From the NCBI RefSeq assembly GCF_964204645.1, contig NC_134028.1, positions 24,300,345 to 24,364,344 on the forward strand: DNA of 64,000 nucleotides. The letters are read 5' to 3'. Source of the DNA: Tubulanus polymorphus. Taxonomy: Eukaryota > Animalia > Nemertea. The translations under genes and the position numbers were made by a program. This document shows, one piece after another, positions 39,076 to 52,878 of this stretch (positions are counted from its first letter, which is position 1; each line of letters begins with the position of its first letter). The notes below the pieces were generated by a model. It worked only from the letters and a program-made list of their open reading frames with translations, was not told the origin of the DNA and searched no databases.

Positions 39076-39505
39076 AGCTTCACTCATTTTCACATATGCA
39101 AAATGAATGTTGAACACGAATCGCTATTCAATCATTCAATTTTTCATACGATGCCATTGAATATTAAGTGATGCCAAACACACGTAGTATGAATATGCTT
39201 GTTCTACGCGCCTAATTCTTGAATAGGTATTACGATTATAGAAGGTGTTAGAACCATCATGATATTGTTCCGGATATATTAATCATTTACTGCGTGAAAT
39301 TCTGTTAAAAATATGTTTTATAGAATAAAGTTATCATGGACAGAAGCGAAGATGTAAATTTGTTATAGCAGATGTAGAATTATTTCACGCAATAGTGTTC
39401 ACAGCTTCGCTCATTTGCATATATGCAAATGAACAACAGATTCTGAACAACACGAATCGGCGTTTAATTTTTCATGCGATGGCAATGAATATTAAGTAAT
39501 GTCCG
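39076..39505. repeat. Diverged local direct duplication (~100 bp)
   Basis: agcttc.ctcattt...atatgcaaa...aacacgaatcg...tttttcat.cgatg.ca.tgaatattaagt.atg occurs at about 39076-39175 and 39403-39505. Confidence 0.6.
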
Positions 39506-42500
39506 ACCATCGCAAAATACGTAGAACTCTCCCTTCGCGGTATTCAAGTGTTCCTTCATTGTATTTATCGCCAGATGGGAAGATATTCCATCAAAATGAC
39601 AGAAATCTCCGTCGCATTCTTTGAGCAAATTCTATGGTCGCGGATGAATTAATGGACATCACGCTCAGAATTGCTCTTTACACCGCGATTTGTCATTGCA
39701 TACATAACTGATCGAGGAGATTTACGTGGCAGGCAGTCTAGAGAAATGACCACATTACTCCACTCAACACTAAAAAAAATCGCTCTCTTCGGAATCTTTC
39801 TTTTCGCATTCTACCGCGAATGAGGAATCGTTGTATGCGTAGAATATGATACTGGAAGCCACTCAAGTTCCTTTCAACGAGTCGCAGTACGCATATGTCT
39901 TCACGAGGATTATCCGTCTGAGAGTTTGACGATGGACCATATCATCATCTAGAAATGCTAGTTGGTGGGCATAGTTGTAGATAATCTATTCGCCGGTTCA
40001 GAGAAAATTGACCTTATTTGTTCACGTAGATGATATATGTTCATCATCGAAACCAAGTGTGATATTGTTATATACATGCAAATAAGATATCTTATACACG
40101 TCGCAAATGAAATACAGCAAATTGCAAATTTTTACAATGTTAGACATGTCCTGAATTCGATCAAAATCAGTAATGAAGCTGCACTGATAGGTTGCTGTTT
40201 GTTAACACTGCTATTTCTGATGAATTCTTAATGAAATTCATGTCCGGAAGCGTGACGTGATGAGATTCAACCGTGGGTCCAAGTTTCAGCCGTCATTTCC
40301 GAATATTAAATATGGAGCGTGTCTTTCGACAGTTCAGAACATATTGTTAGACCATCTTATAGTCTAGTAGCCGATCTACCGGTTACAACTTCAGACTGGT
40401 ATAAAGAGTTTAGGCAGTCACGCCTCAGATAACGCCTGACAGATTACTACGAACAGACTATACACCACAGTCTTACATCCCTTTCTTCCCTTTATTTGAT
40501 CAGTGTATTAGACAGCATAAGTAATTGTGAAATATATATATATCGATACTTTTTATGCCGTATAAACTCGAATCGCCAAGATTCTACTCGTCGTTTCATT
40601 GGGAAGTTCTCGTGTACAGAACAGCGCGCAAGGCCGTCATCGAGTGACAATAACGTAACCCAATGTCGTACATACCCAAAATCTTTTTCTTCGAGAATAT
40701 TCAAAATCCGACCTATTTGGTCATTCTACAGATTGTGCATCAATGGTTTGCGGAAGGTTTGTTAACCGCCTCGACCCGAGCATGACCTCACAGACCATGC
40801 TCACATAAATTGGTGATTATATACAACTAAAGAGGTGCCACGACCACGATCTTTTAAGTTTCACCTCATACAACATATGAGCATAGGAATGCGTTACCTA
40901 GTTTGATTCTAACTTCTGCCCGACAAAGATGCAAAACTCAAGCAAGTTCATAAATCCATGTTCGGAAAAGCTAGGTAGATAATGTTCTATGAATTTTGCG
41001 AGATAGATTTCGCTAGTTTCGTCAAAGCGAAATACAGCTTTGATAAATAGTTACTAAAACACATCGTAATCCGCAAAAAAATAATCTAAAGGTTTATTGA
41101 AACCACAACCGATCCATTAAACAGATGTTGACTTTCAGGAAACAGCTAGCTCATTGTAGATTGAACTGTTCAATTTTCAACTCTGAGTCTCCACTTGCGG
41201 GATTTGTCTTTGATTTGATTATGACTTTGGAGATTTAAATGATTTCCGTATAATATGTATATGCACGCACTGCATTAACAAGACTGTTCGTAGCTTCATT
41301 TCAAATACTAGCGTCGTCGTCGCACACGAGATGCGACACTGCAACCACCACACTAGAACAACACCTAATACCTGCACCACCGACTGACTGTGTCAGCTTC
41401 ATTTGCATCGACACCGCGGTCGTTCGTGCGCAGAGTCGCAAATGTTGACGACCGAGTCACAAAACATTTAGGCGAATGAATCTACCTACCCCGTAAATAC
41501 ACATGCTGCCCGGACATGCTGCGGAGGGAATATCGTTAACGGTAAAAATTCGGTCGTATTTGAAAGATAAGATGAACTAGTCGTCGTCGTTTGCTGATGC
41601 AGATATTCCATTATTGAGGTAAGAACTAATTTTCAGCATGAATGAACGTGTACTGTATACAAATGAACATCGGTAATGATGATAGTAGGCTTAATTTGTT
41701 ATTGCTATTTGGGGTGTACACGGGATGGTAAGTTCAATTTTAGTTCGCTGTATGAAACATGAAAAATATTGGTAACTATTACTCATTTATCAATAAATTA
41801 TGAGTTTCTCATTTTCCGTCCGAATTGCGCCTGTATATAGAAATATACATACATTACAGAATATCCCTAGGGTGCATCCTCTATACCGGTACTCTGTAAC
41901 AGGACAGGAATCGAAGAGCGCCCACTTGCCTCGGATCTCACGGGACCAATAGATTTTCTACGAATCAATTGTGAATTCCGGGAAAGTCATCGCATTGATT
42001 AGTTAAAACATTTCAAACATTTGGTCCTCCGGGGCAAGTTTTAATCCGACTCTGTGGCAAGCAGAATCTTCAGGTTGTTTTGTTTAAGTCGGTTAGTTCG
42101 GAAATGAGAGTTTAGTTACCTTCTGGTATAAAATGAAGAATCCTCGAATACTCCGTGTACTGTTCAAAGATCTGTGTTAAATGATGCATTTTGGAATCGT
42201 CGCAACTTGATTTGGACTCGCATCTATGATAATATGCTTCGGCGTTACAAAAGCAGATCAGTTCTTCCACCATGTTGACTACCCTCATCCCGCTCCACAT
42301 CTTAACACAGCGAAATGACCACACCTGTCGCTGGGGAAAATCTATCGGACGTGACGACCACATCCGTTCGCCTGCTGCTGTCTGGGGATTAACGGTGTGA
42401 TTATATGTTCTTGGCTGCAAACGACTATTTTCTGAGATTGATCACAAAAATGCATTATCGCCCCATTGTCATTTTGCCATTTGGCTTTTTCTTTTCCGCC

Positions 42501-43475
42501 AGGACTTTGGTCTGTCGAGGGACCGGAAGTTTCCTGTGGCCAGTAATGGTACCTTATCTGGCAGTAATGAAAAAGGGTACAAAATAAACTGCCATCTATT
42601 TTTTTCTGCCAAGCTACAAGCAAATTAGGTATTAAGAAATTTAGGAAATTGACTTACTGGCGGGGGGACCAGTAGCTCAAAGGGGGTTTAAGTTATAAGT
42701 AAAAAGGTAAAAAAGTTGACTGGGCTTTAACGTACATGATAAAGCATAGACTATTGCTATATATCACCATTCCGATGATAATAAATACGACTCTCGTGAT
42801 AAAGAAAGTTGACATTATTTAGTGCCATATAGATTATTACCCCAGCTGTCGAAGCCTGGGGCCACGCTAATTTTTTACATATTGCCATTTTCATTCGACG
42901 ACAGGAACGCAATACAACATTTGCTTCCCTTGGTAATTAAGAACACGGTCTTCTGTTTTATCCCATTTTTTACGACAGTTACATTTCTGCGAAGCTATGT
43001 GCGTATACATATATTTACATACGTTTCTTATTGAATAACACGACATTATATAACACTATGAACTCATTCCTTCTTCTTCACGTGTATTTCGCAAATACAT
43101 AATTTAGACTATGATTGTTCTTGGGTTTCTTAGAATCTGTATATACATGTTATATCATTCAGTAGGCAATTCTATTGCCACTAGTTGCACAGCCACGGCT
43201 TAGATCTGTAAATCTAATGAGTCTTCCGCGTGTGCAACCAAGCCTTCGTAAATATTCAGCATATTTCGGGGGATTGCGTCTCTTGAGAAACTAATTCATA
43301 AACACTCTGCAAAAGGAGTGATAACTGAAGCTAAGCCTCCACTGTGGGTCTTCGACCCCACAGAGCGGTAATCAAATTCATTAAGGCACATCTTAGTTCT
43401 TAGCGCTTGCATAATTAGCTTTTACATAATACGTGTGAAATGGACTGGTAATCCATTTATCAGCTATATATGAAT

Positions 43476-43704
43476 CTCTCCCTCTCCTCTCCCTCTCCCT
43501 CTCCCTCTCCCTCTCCCTCTCCCTCTCCCTCTCCCTCTCCCTCTCCCTCTCCCTCTCCCTCTCCCTCTCCCTCTCCCTCTCCCTCTCCCTCTCCCTCTCC
43601 CTCTCCCTCTCCCTCTCCCTCTCCCTCTCCCTCTCCCTCTCCCTCTCCCTCTCCCTCTCCCTCTCCCTCTCCCTCTCCCTCTCCCTCTCCCTCTCCCTCT
43701 CCCC
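43476..43704. repeat. (CTCTCC)n polypyrimidine/polypurine microsatellite
   Basis: ~38 hexamer copies. Explains the poly-ER and poly-SP ORFs. Confidence 0.97.
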
Positions 43705-46700
43705 CTGTGAATTTGACAAATTCGTCGAAACTGTGTGTCTAAATGGGAATTATTGTAACGTATGTGTGTGGGCTACATCTCTGGCTAAACCTCGGGGACT
43801 GAATGCATGATATCTTAATTGTGAAATCAGAATAATTGATTTCATGTTCACTTCTCTATGAACTCCATCGCGCGACCCATATCAGTCATTCTCGATTCTC
43901 GTGTTCCTAGCCGCCAGTGTACAGTCCATTTTTCACTTCGACGCGTCGGATTTTACGATCGAGAAGAAATTAATTATCAAAGCGAACGAGACAATCGTTC
44001 GGATTTCTGTAAAACGCGGGGACCATTAATCATTCCTGCCGATAGTATTACCTTATCTCCGCGATGGGATTCAAGCAGGTGGCGGTGATCTATACAGTTT
44101 TACCAGTTTCCCGTATTATCTAGGTACTTTCGTCCATCTACCAGTTTCAATTGGAAGTTTATGGTTACACCAGATTTATGGTTCAGATTTCGACTGAAAC
44201 GATTCGAATTTCTATCTTATATCTATAACAACAGACGCGCACACCATTGGTGCCATTAACTATTGAGATCGCAATCATTTAATTCCGATAAGCTCAGGTC
44301 ATTTACATGATATGACAATTAGAGCATAATTTATTGATTTACCCACAGAAGAAAATAAAAAAGGCACATTTTTTACGGATAAAACATTAACTGAATGTTT
44401 TTATAACAATAATGAGACTAACATACACAACATTTCTTAATTCATATTCGTTTTAGAGTTGCATTAGAACTTTGAATTTGAAAGGAGTCGGATTAGCAAA
44501 AAAAGAAATTAGGAGGGATTAACTCTAGGGTCATTGTTGCTAGTAACACCGTACGTGTTTTACGGTCCATGGTTAAGCCCGACGCACACGACGCACGGAA
44601 ACATGGAAACGCAGAAACAGAGAAACGCGAAATCAAACATGCTCGGAAACATGTGAGCTTGTTTCGGGTATTATCAGCCAGAAGAGGTAACTGAGTTTAA
44701 ACACCACACGTCACATAATTATCGAAGAGTAGCGTTAATTTCCATTTATCAACCACACATCTAGCTGCTAATGACCTTTCCAGAACTGTTTGTTTCGTAA
44801 GTTTCTACGAAGAAGTCTGAGAACGGCTTACATGGAAATACGCTTCTTCTATGGAAGCCGTCGATATTCAACAACTTTCGGAAAAACCCCATATCGGGCA
44901 AATATTCGTCTGGTATAACCTGTCATCTAGTAGTCTGCAAATATTCGACGATTCAAATCAAGCCGTCATCGGAGTAAGATATTCCACGCATATCGTTCAA
45001 TAATCTAAAAAATAAGCACTGCATCATATAGCGCTTGGCAGACGACACGAGAACACAAGCATAAACACTTTTAAACCCCCCTTCTTAGTATATTATGTAA
45101 TGATGACTAGATGTGACGGATGAATACAATTAGCGGCTATGCTTGCCTACGGTAACCTGATCAGCTACTCCCGAGATTCATCTTCACAGAACGGAGTGAA
45201 CGTTGGTCAATGATGCAGCATCTACAGCCGTCACGAAGGAAGCACGGAAGAAGGTCAATTGCTTAGTTTTAGGATTGGGTATATAACCATTCCGGTTCTT
45301 ATTTACCATCAAACCTGAACCGGCAAGGCACCAAAATCGCCTGCCACCCCCTTCCCCATTTGTGTTCGCATTCGTAGGAGTTGCGGTAGGCGGCAACCAC
45401 GTCTCGACCCGGGCGTCTTGCCAAGTGATGCTGGCAAAGGACTTGGTTTTGGTTTCATTCACCAACGCGTAATACACTATCGAACGGTTTTAGCTTGAAC
45501 TCGTCACTGGTTAAATAGAAACCAGTGACATGCCAGAGCAACGGACGGTGTTCTCAACGATCATTAAATCTAATTATCAAACCATACGTTCCGTCGGTAA
45601 TGTTTGTCGACAGCTGATCCATGTAGATATGATTTGAAGTGCGTCCTGCGCCGGAGACGAGAACATCTTTTTCTCCCTCTTTCTCCATCGCGCGGTGCTT
45701 GTCATATTCAATAAAGTCGTCGCCTAGCCTTTCTTTGTAACGCGGACATATAGTTACAGCCCAACTTTAGTTTTACGCTATAACTTAGCCTCGGTCAACG
45801 TATTGGCATTTACCTAAGGGCGCTTCACAATGTACTACACCTAGCACATTAAGTTTTACCCTGCCTGATTATAAGCGATTTCTCCTCTCCTCATAAAAAG
45901 AAAATAAATTAGCTACTAGTAGATCCCTCGACCTAGTAAACAACTAAATGGTTGGCAATCTTATGACATGCGTTTAGTAACCTTTTATGTGAGTAACCTG
46001 GATGTATTGTTTGAGTCCGGGTCCGTCTTTCAGTCATCCATGGACTGTTGAGTCCACGAGTCATCCAACCACATTTCAACGCAATTTGAATAATCACCAT
46101 CTGTGTAAATAAACAGTTTTATAGGTTGGTTATTCTTTTTAACTAGGGGGCTAATTCAATTCGTTTTCAATTGACTTAACCCCCTGGCTAAAGTCGGGTC
46201 TATAAAACCAGTCAATTAGCGCTCGGGTTAATCATAAAATTGGGCCTTGAAGTTTACAATAAGGTTTCTCGTAAATCTCGTTAATATTTTCTCCTGTTTC
46301 TCACGCGGATCGGTGAGTGCAGCGATGTAATTTTAGAATTGAACTCAGTTTGTTCGTAACGCTTTGATTGAGTGCGTTGTCCCTTGAGAAATCCGATACA
46401 CATATTTTCCTGCCGCTCGCGAACACGGGCCTAGTTTGATATTAATTCCACCCGAAGGAACCGTCGATAATTTCGTAATTAATGGCTGCATCAGAAATCA
46501 CCTGCAGTTGACGCAGTGAACGATTACGGGACTAATCAACCAAAACGTTTCAGTTTTACTCGAGGATTTTCGTGTCAAGTTTCAATTAACGAAACCGAGT
46601 CGTTTTTTTTCGTTTTCAGACTTGTATCGACCGTCACAGCGTATAACATACGGGACCGTCGAGCGCACGCGGTTCATCTCAAGTAAAATAGTCTCAATCG

Positions 46701-46817
46701 ATTTCCAATTGGCGGCCTGTGAATAAGGTCTATTACTAATAGAGAATTTCTTCACTTGACGTCGCCAGAGGACGTTCCACTTATTGGCTTGTGTCATGAA
46801 CGCGCGCCCGAGCCCAG

Positions 46818-46926
46818 GGGCCGGTTTTATAGACTGGTATTTACTTTAACCCGGGGGCTAACTTAATTCATTTTCAATTGAGTTAGCTCCCGGGTTAAAG
46901 ATAATACCAGTCTATAAAACCGGGCT
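46818..46926. mobile_element. Palindromic Harbinger/PIF-type MITE
   Basis: Almost entirely self-complementary (gggccggttttatagactggtat...ataccagtctataaaaccgggct), CAG TSD on both sides. A decayed relative lies at ~46115-46211. Confidence 0.75.
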
Positions 46927-48418
46927 CAGGATTGTATAGATTAAGAAATAATCGCATGGGCAGGCAGATAAATGACTTGTGGGATGAATAATCTACACCA
47001 TTATAAATCTGCCTCATGCAATTTTCGTTTGTTGTGTCGGTATGTTCGCCTTTATGAATGTATAATTCTCAAATATCGCTGCTGCTGCCATCAGACTGAC
47101 GGAATTAGTTGTAATTAACTCTTGCCAGAAGACAGTGTCTATTCATGTCTGTTGTTAATGAGCTATGAACCTAATTTCACCAGTTCTAAACACATGACAT
47201 GCCCGGCAGCCCGGTAGACTCGATGCACCCGTGACGACACCCGGAAATTTCTCATTTTAAGGTCGAGGACAAACTAAGGACCCTACGTATTCACATTTTA
47301 TAAGTGAATCATCGCCCGTACTGGATAGATTCTCAATACCGTAAAAATCTAAATGATATTTTGAGTATTTTTGTTCATGGATTTTTATGAACCAGTCCTC
47401 CTTTATTCAACGAATTGTAAGTCATGGCGAAATTCGGTTTTCGTAGCTATTTGACTAAATGTCGCAACTAACCGAATTTCAGAGTGTCGGCCATCTTGAA
47501 ACTAGGTCCGAACTACAGCGACTGCACTCGTTGCGTGGTTCGCTGTTTCCAGACTATAGTTCTAACTAACCGATATTCGATTTCACCTAGTTCGACTATA
47601 GTCGACTAATCCCTCTAATTGAAGATAAAACAAAAATCTATGACGAGTTACTTGAATATTTCCGGCGGAAGAAATCGGTGCAAACCATTTTCTGAGGTAA
47701 AAAAAACACGGATATACGTAACCGCCATAATATTCTTCCTATAAACCAAAGGTTAATCCGATATGAAACCTGAAAATGTTGCAGCGCAGTTTGTAGCGAT
47801 GACGACCGGTCGGTGTAAAAAAAATGGACAAACAACAACGCACCGATCTACGCGATAGCTGGAACTTAAAAAAGAAATCGAGGCAGATTTTATAAGTAAT
47901 GCGATACGAGTGCTTTTACTGCCGTGAAGACAAAACCTCCACCATGGCTCAGTTTTTGTCAACCAGCAAAGCTTCTACTAATGTATAAAAAGAAGTATCT
48001 TTGTGACGGATTATGCATCGCATATTATTATTCTCTGATCAATCGCGATATATCTTGCTGTTTCCATCAACAGTACTAGACTCGTTCAAATCGACATGAA
48101 GCGGGTTGAAGTTTTGACGGTCATTGCTATTGTAGCTTTTGGAAGTGTGGGATGTAAAAGTGCACACAGTTTCACTGTTATAAGTTAAGGTTTGACTTTA
48201 GATTCGTTGTCGAATGAACTAATCTACCACGTACTATAAAGTCATATCTAACGAAGAAACGTAGAATGGAGTCCTAGTCCAGTATAGCGGCTTTCGTCAT
48301 CTACGGTTTCATGCTTCTTCAAAAGCAGAATAAGCCAAATGCTATATAAGCAACAGTGAGCAATGTCTATAGCATAGTCAGAGCCAGTGATAGCCAATGA
48401 AGGATGGATATTGTTCTA

Positions 48419-48884
48419 CACCTGGTGGATCCTCGATTGCCACAGTTAGTAGTTCGATCGCTGCAGTCGTACTCCGCTATGTCCATCAAACTAGAGACAC
48501 CTGGTGGATCCTCGCTTGCCACAGTTAGTAGTTCGATCGCTGCAGTCGTACTCCGCTATGTCCATCAAACTAGAGACACCTGGTGGATCCTCGCTTGCCA
48601 CAGTTAGTAGTTCGATTGCTGCAGTCGTACTCCGCGTCGTCCATCAAACTAGAGACACCTGGTTGATCCTCGCTTGCCACAGTTAGTAGTTCGATCGCTG
48701 CAGTCGTACTCCGCGTCGTCCATCAAACTAGAGACACCTGGTGGATCCTCGCTTGCCACAGTTAGTAGTTCGATTGCTGCAGTCGTACTCCGCGTCGTCC
48801 ATCAAACTAGAGACACCTGGTGGATCCTCGCTTGCTACAGTTAGTAGTTCGATTGCTGCAGTCGTACTCCGCTACGTCCATCAA
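48419..48884. repeat. 79-bp tandem repeat, six units
   Basis: Units start at 48419, 48498, 48577, 48656, 48735 and 48814 (cacctggtggatcctcgcttgccacagttagtagttcgat...). No unique spacers. Confidence 0.95.
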
Positions 48885-51549
48885 GACGGTTATTCTAAAA
48901 AAATGCCTCCCTCGCGTGAAAAATTGATTACGGTTTAAATGCCAAAAGCAATTTACTCGCTATGTCGGCGATTTCGCGATGGATTCGTCGTCATTTATTA
49001 ATGTCCATTCATGCGTCGCGTTGGAGGAGCAGGTGTTCTCGAATCTCATCGTGTGTAGGAAATATCCATCGTCGCTGCGACTACAGGTTTCTTGAAAACA
49101 AATTATGACAGCTAATCGAAAATAAAAACGAATCTGAAGTTTCGGCACCTTTTGGATATCACGCGTAGTAATGATATTGCTCGTATTTTCAAGACCGACT
49201 TTAAATTGTTAGATTGGCTACGGACTAAAACTGGCTTTTCTTGTCTTAGCCTTAAAACAGTAAAACGCTAGGTTTCCATACAGTGACAGCTACATCGCTA
49301 TTTTTCAATAGGAGAAAAACCCGCAATAAAAGAAATTCTTGGAAATCGAATTTCTTATGAAAATGGCCTAAAGTATCTCAGTCGAAACGTTAACATTGAC
49401 TCATAGTTTCATCCATTGTGGGGTTTTCTTCAAAATCACAAGCTGTTTTAAAGGCACAAAATGGTCATTGCTAAAGACGACCCTATCGTTTTCAACTTCC
49501 GCGATTCGGAGCAATTCTGGTTCTCGAACGAAAATTCAACCTACACCAGGGGGCAGGTCCCGGAAAAAAGCATCCATATTGTCTGAGAAGCTAAGGTTTT
49601 TCTTTCCCAAAGACATGCTATTAGTTTGATTGATCGATAGGAAGTTAATAATGACTTTCTGAGACGCATTTCCAATTCAAAAATCTGGCTTGAAAGAAAA
49701 TCTATCGTAAACATTTCAAGATTTCAAGATGTGAAACGACGACGTTTGAAACGCGTTTTTAAATTCATGTTTTCTGATATGAGAACCAAGAAATCACAAA
49801 ATAGAAATACGATTTATCGATATCACGATATCTTGTTTATTCAGTTGTCATCAAATTTTACGACTGAATTTTTATAACATTTCATTTTCAGTCTACGGAA
49901 GCTGATGTTTTTTTAGCTTTGCTTGAATGAATTTTGATCGTCTGCGAACTTAAAACACTGAAGCTTGCTCTGTTTTTCGTTGCGTCATAACTTCCTATAA
50001 AATCGTAACGCGTGCGAAACAGCTTCCGAGATATCGAACAATTCAAGTCCTGGGACGAATGATAAGAATCATAATTGTTCGATTTAACAAATGTAAAAAT
50101 ATTTAGGATAGCTCGGGCGGTCTAGAATTATGGTCTTAAAGAGGAACGGTTGTAGATAAAAGTACTCAAATGTTCAACATTGTCATCGACTATTCTAGTC
50201 AATTAACAATCGTGTGGTTTTTATGTTTAAAACGTTTCGGTTTAGCAATTGAACTTCTTTGCGTGTAGTAGTGACAGGGAATACAGAGCGCGATTTCCTT
50301 TGAGATAAATTTTACCGAACGTTTTAATAGGCTTTCGTTGAGCAATACCACCAGGGAGCAAGCTAGGCGCTGAAATTGTCGACTACAATCATTGGTGACA
50401 AATAAACTACTGTTTGTATCATATGAAGCTGTGTCTGACTGATGCGCTTGAGTCAGTACGTTTTTTTCAATTGTGACTTTATTCTTCCTTTATAGGCTTT
50501 ATAAGTATTTGCAGACTTGTCAATCGTCGGTTTTTCTCGATGGTCATAAATCTAATTTCGCTCGTAAACGATACAGTAAATTTTCGGTAGACTGAATTAA
50601 CGTCCATCTGCCTCGGCGACATGTTGGATGTAAGCACATGTCACCCGGAAATTCACAACAAAAATAACCATTGAAACTGAGACACTCTGGAACGATAATA
50701 TAGAAACTCTAGACTACAGTACAAATTATATCATCCGCTTTTCTATATTGTATACAACGACGATAGGTCGAAAAGATTCCTTGAAAGATGCGGCGTAATG
50801 TCCCAAATATAGTTTAGAATTTTAAATCTTTTTCTGGAATTATTATGAGATCTTTCACACACACAAAGGTTACACATGTTGATTCAAAACTAGTAACGAG
50901 ATATCAGACTGATAGTGATATCCGCAACAACAGCAGTAGCTGCAGGGGTGGTATCTTGTTTTTTATTGCATCACATTGTTCGGGTATTAATAAGATCTTG
51001 ATTCGACTGCGATCTTGTCACAAGGCTGTTGCACACGAAACGATCCTAACGACAGAAACCGACGAGAATTGAATACTCACACCATCGATTAGCTAAATAC
51101 TCGAACTTACAGTAGAACTAGCTGATGATTTTCTGCTCTTAGCTTTTTCGTCATATTTACACAACTGTCGCGAGGTTTATTCATAGTCAACAACTCATTC
51201 ATTCAATCAATATTTATCATTATTCTCACAACTTTGTAAAGTAATAACTAAGATGATTGAATACGAAAAATCCAAAATATAACGAACGACTTATAAACAG
51301 AAAAGTTTTAGTTTATTGCATCGGATAAGTTCGTTCAAATATCTCCCAGTATCTAGATTCAAAACTAAAGAATTTGTGTCAAATGTATTTTGAAAAAGGT
51401 CTCTCTATCTGTACGTAAATTCTTGGAATTATGCTGTGTTTATATGAAATGGTTCTCGTTTTAAGTTTTGATAATGGTCATATTACAATCATGATATCAT
51501 TATACGGTTATTATCATGATATATACGATGATATCATCATTCAAGAGAC

Positions 51550-52878
51550 TCAGACTTTAGGTATGTAGTCCAGACAATCGTCAGGACATTGTTTACCAAT
51601 GAGTTGTTCCTCTTTGCTAGTCAACGCTTGATATTTGAAGGTCATGCACGAATAAATATAAGCAGTCCCATTGACAACATTACCTGAAGAAAAAATCAGC
51701 AAAACTGTTTACGATACTATAAAATCATGTTAGTGTCGGATATTTAACGAGACCATCTCGTTTATATAGCCAATCTAACGGCATTAAAACAAGTCTTACA
51801 ATACCACACGACTGTACAAGGCCCAGAGAAAATAGAAAAATTCGATCTTGCAAACTAATGAATCAGATTTGTGGGATTCGAACCACCAGTAATCCGTGCA
51901 CTACAACTTACCAGCTAGCAAGTAACGACTTTCATTCTGTAGATAGGCTCCGCACAAGGCTCCATCTGAAGGAGTATATATTTCCATTGCATCGTTTATC
52001 GGATTTTGTTTGAAAATTTCCGTTTTAGAACCTTTTACCTACAAAAACCACCGAATGAATACAATAAATTTGACGGGTCAAAGACAGGGATCAGTAGCAC
52101 AAGCCAAACGTATTAGATTGTAAGATTGGTTATAAAACAGGGAACCTTTTTCCACAGAACACCTATACAATCCCATTAAATCAGATTCTTTTGTCGTCGT
52201 GACTAGTTAATCGTTGAAATTCAAGTCAGTGAAACAGTTCCCAAGATGTGTTTTAGGTTAAAAGTTAAGGTACCTAAGGCCCAGCTTAATAGCCGCATAA
52301 CCGCAAACTATCAGTGCATATATGGCCAATGATACTGAGGTACTAACCCGGGCTATTTCCAACAATGTAGTAGTGTATACGCGATTATCCCCAATGACTT
52401 CATTGCTTTCCACCTGGACACGGATTACTGAAAGTAATCAAATTGGCGTATATAAAAAGTACCCAGTAATTGACCGTAATTGGTTTTTCGAATTAAAAGT
52501 TAACGGGCCCTTGGGGTCTTGGGTGTTTAAACCAATGATTTTCCTTTTCAAAATTCAAAAGACCAAGGATAGACTCTTTATATTCTTTGTCTTTCAAACT
52601 CTGCTCCAACCATCCGCATTTCTTTTGGGAACTGAACTCGGGCTGATTAGGCAGGGTTTCGGGTCGTGGCCGGCTCGATGCCATCAGGCTCGAATCCTTG
52701 CCAAAGCTCAAAAGGATTTCGATTTTTCAAGGATTTGAATAATTCGTGGTTTACCGAAATCATTGTTGCAGTATAGGTCCATCGCAAGAGGAATAATAGA
52801 TGGGGGCATACAGGAACAAGCCTCCGATCCCGCTGCCAATGACGTCACCAATATAACCACGGAAAGAATGAGCTTCAT
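51550..52878 (-). CDS. Secreted single-domain TIMP-like (NTR-fold) metalloproteinase inhibitor, paralogue A, 154 aa
   Basis: Minus-strand exons 52878-52755, 52427-52348, 52038-51912, 51683-51550 (124+80+127+134 nt, all GT-AG). Protein MKLILSVVILVTSLAAGSEA|CSCMPPSIIPLAMDLYCNNDFVIRVQV...IYTPSDGALCGAYLQNESRYLLAGNVVNGTAYIYSC...KQCPDDCLDYIPKV. Signal peptide, then C-X-C and the IYT..CG / YLLAG motifs of TIMPs. AATAAA on the minus strand near 51312-51317. Confidence 0.9.

Noticed and set aside
43393-43742. Poly-ER and poly-SP ORFs
   Set aside because: Translations of the (CTCTCC)n microsatellite.
45184-45477. 97-aa minus-strand ORF
   Set aside because: No ATG start, no recognisable motif and no convincing splice partners.
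48500-48530. HDV-like ribozyme (TCCTCGCT resembles the HDV L3 loop)
   Set aside because: The flanks do not form a clean P3, and no P1/P2 pseudoknot could be built by eye.
48419-48884. CRISPR-like array
   Set aside because: Whole 79-bp units repeat with no unique spacers, there are no cas genes, and the context is eukaryotic.
51480-51549. SECIS-like hairpin in the TIMP 3' UTR
   Set aside because: The core is out of register, the pairing is not kept in paralogue B, it lies too close to the TGA, and there is no internal UGA.
52322-52738. 138-aa plus-strand ORF
   Set aside because: Antisense to TIMP-A exon 2 and intron 1; not preserved as an ORF in the duplicated copy.
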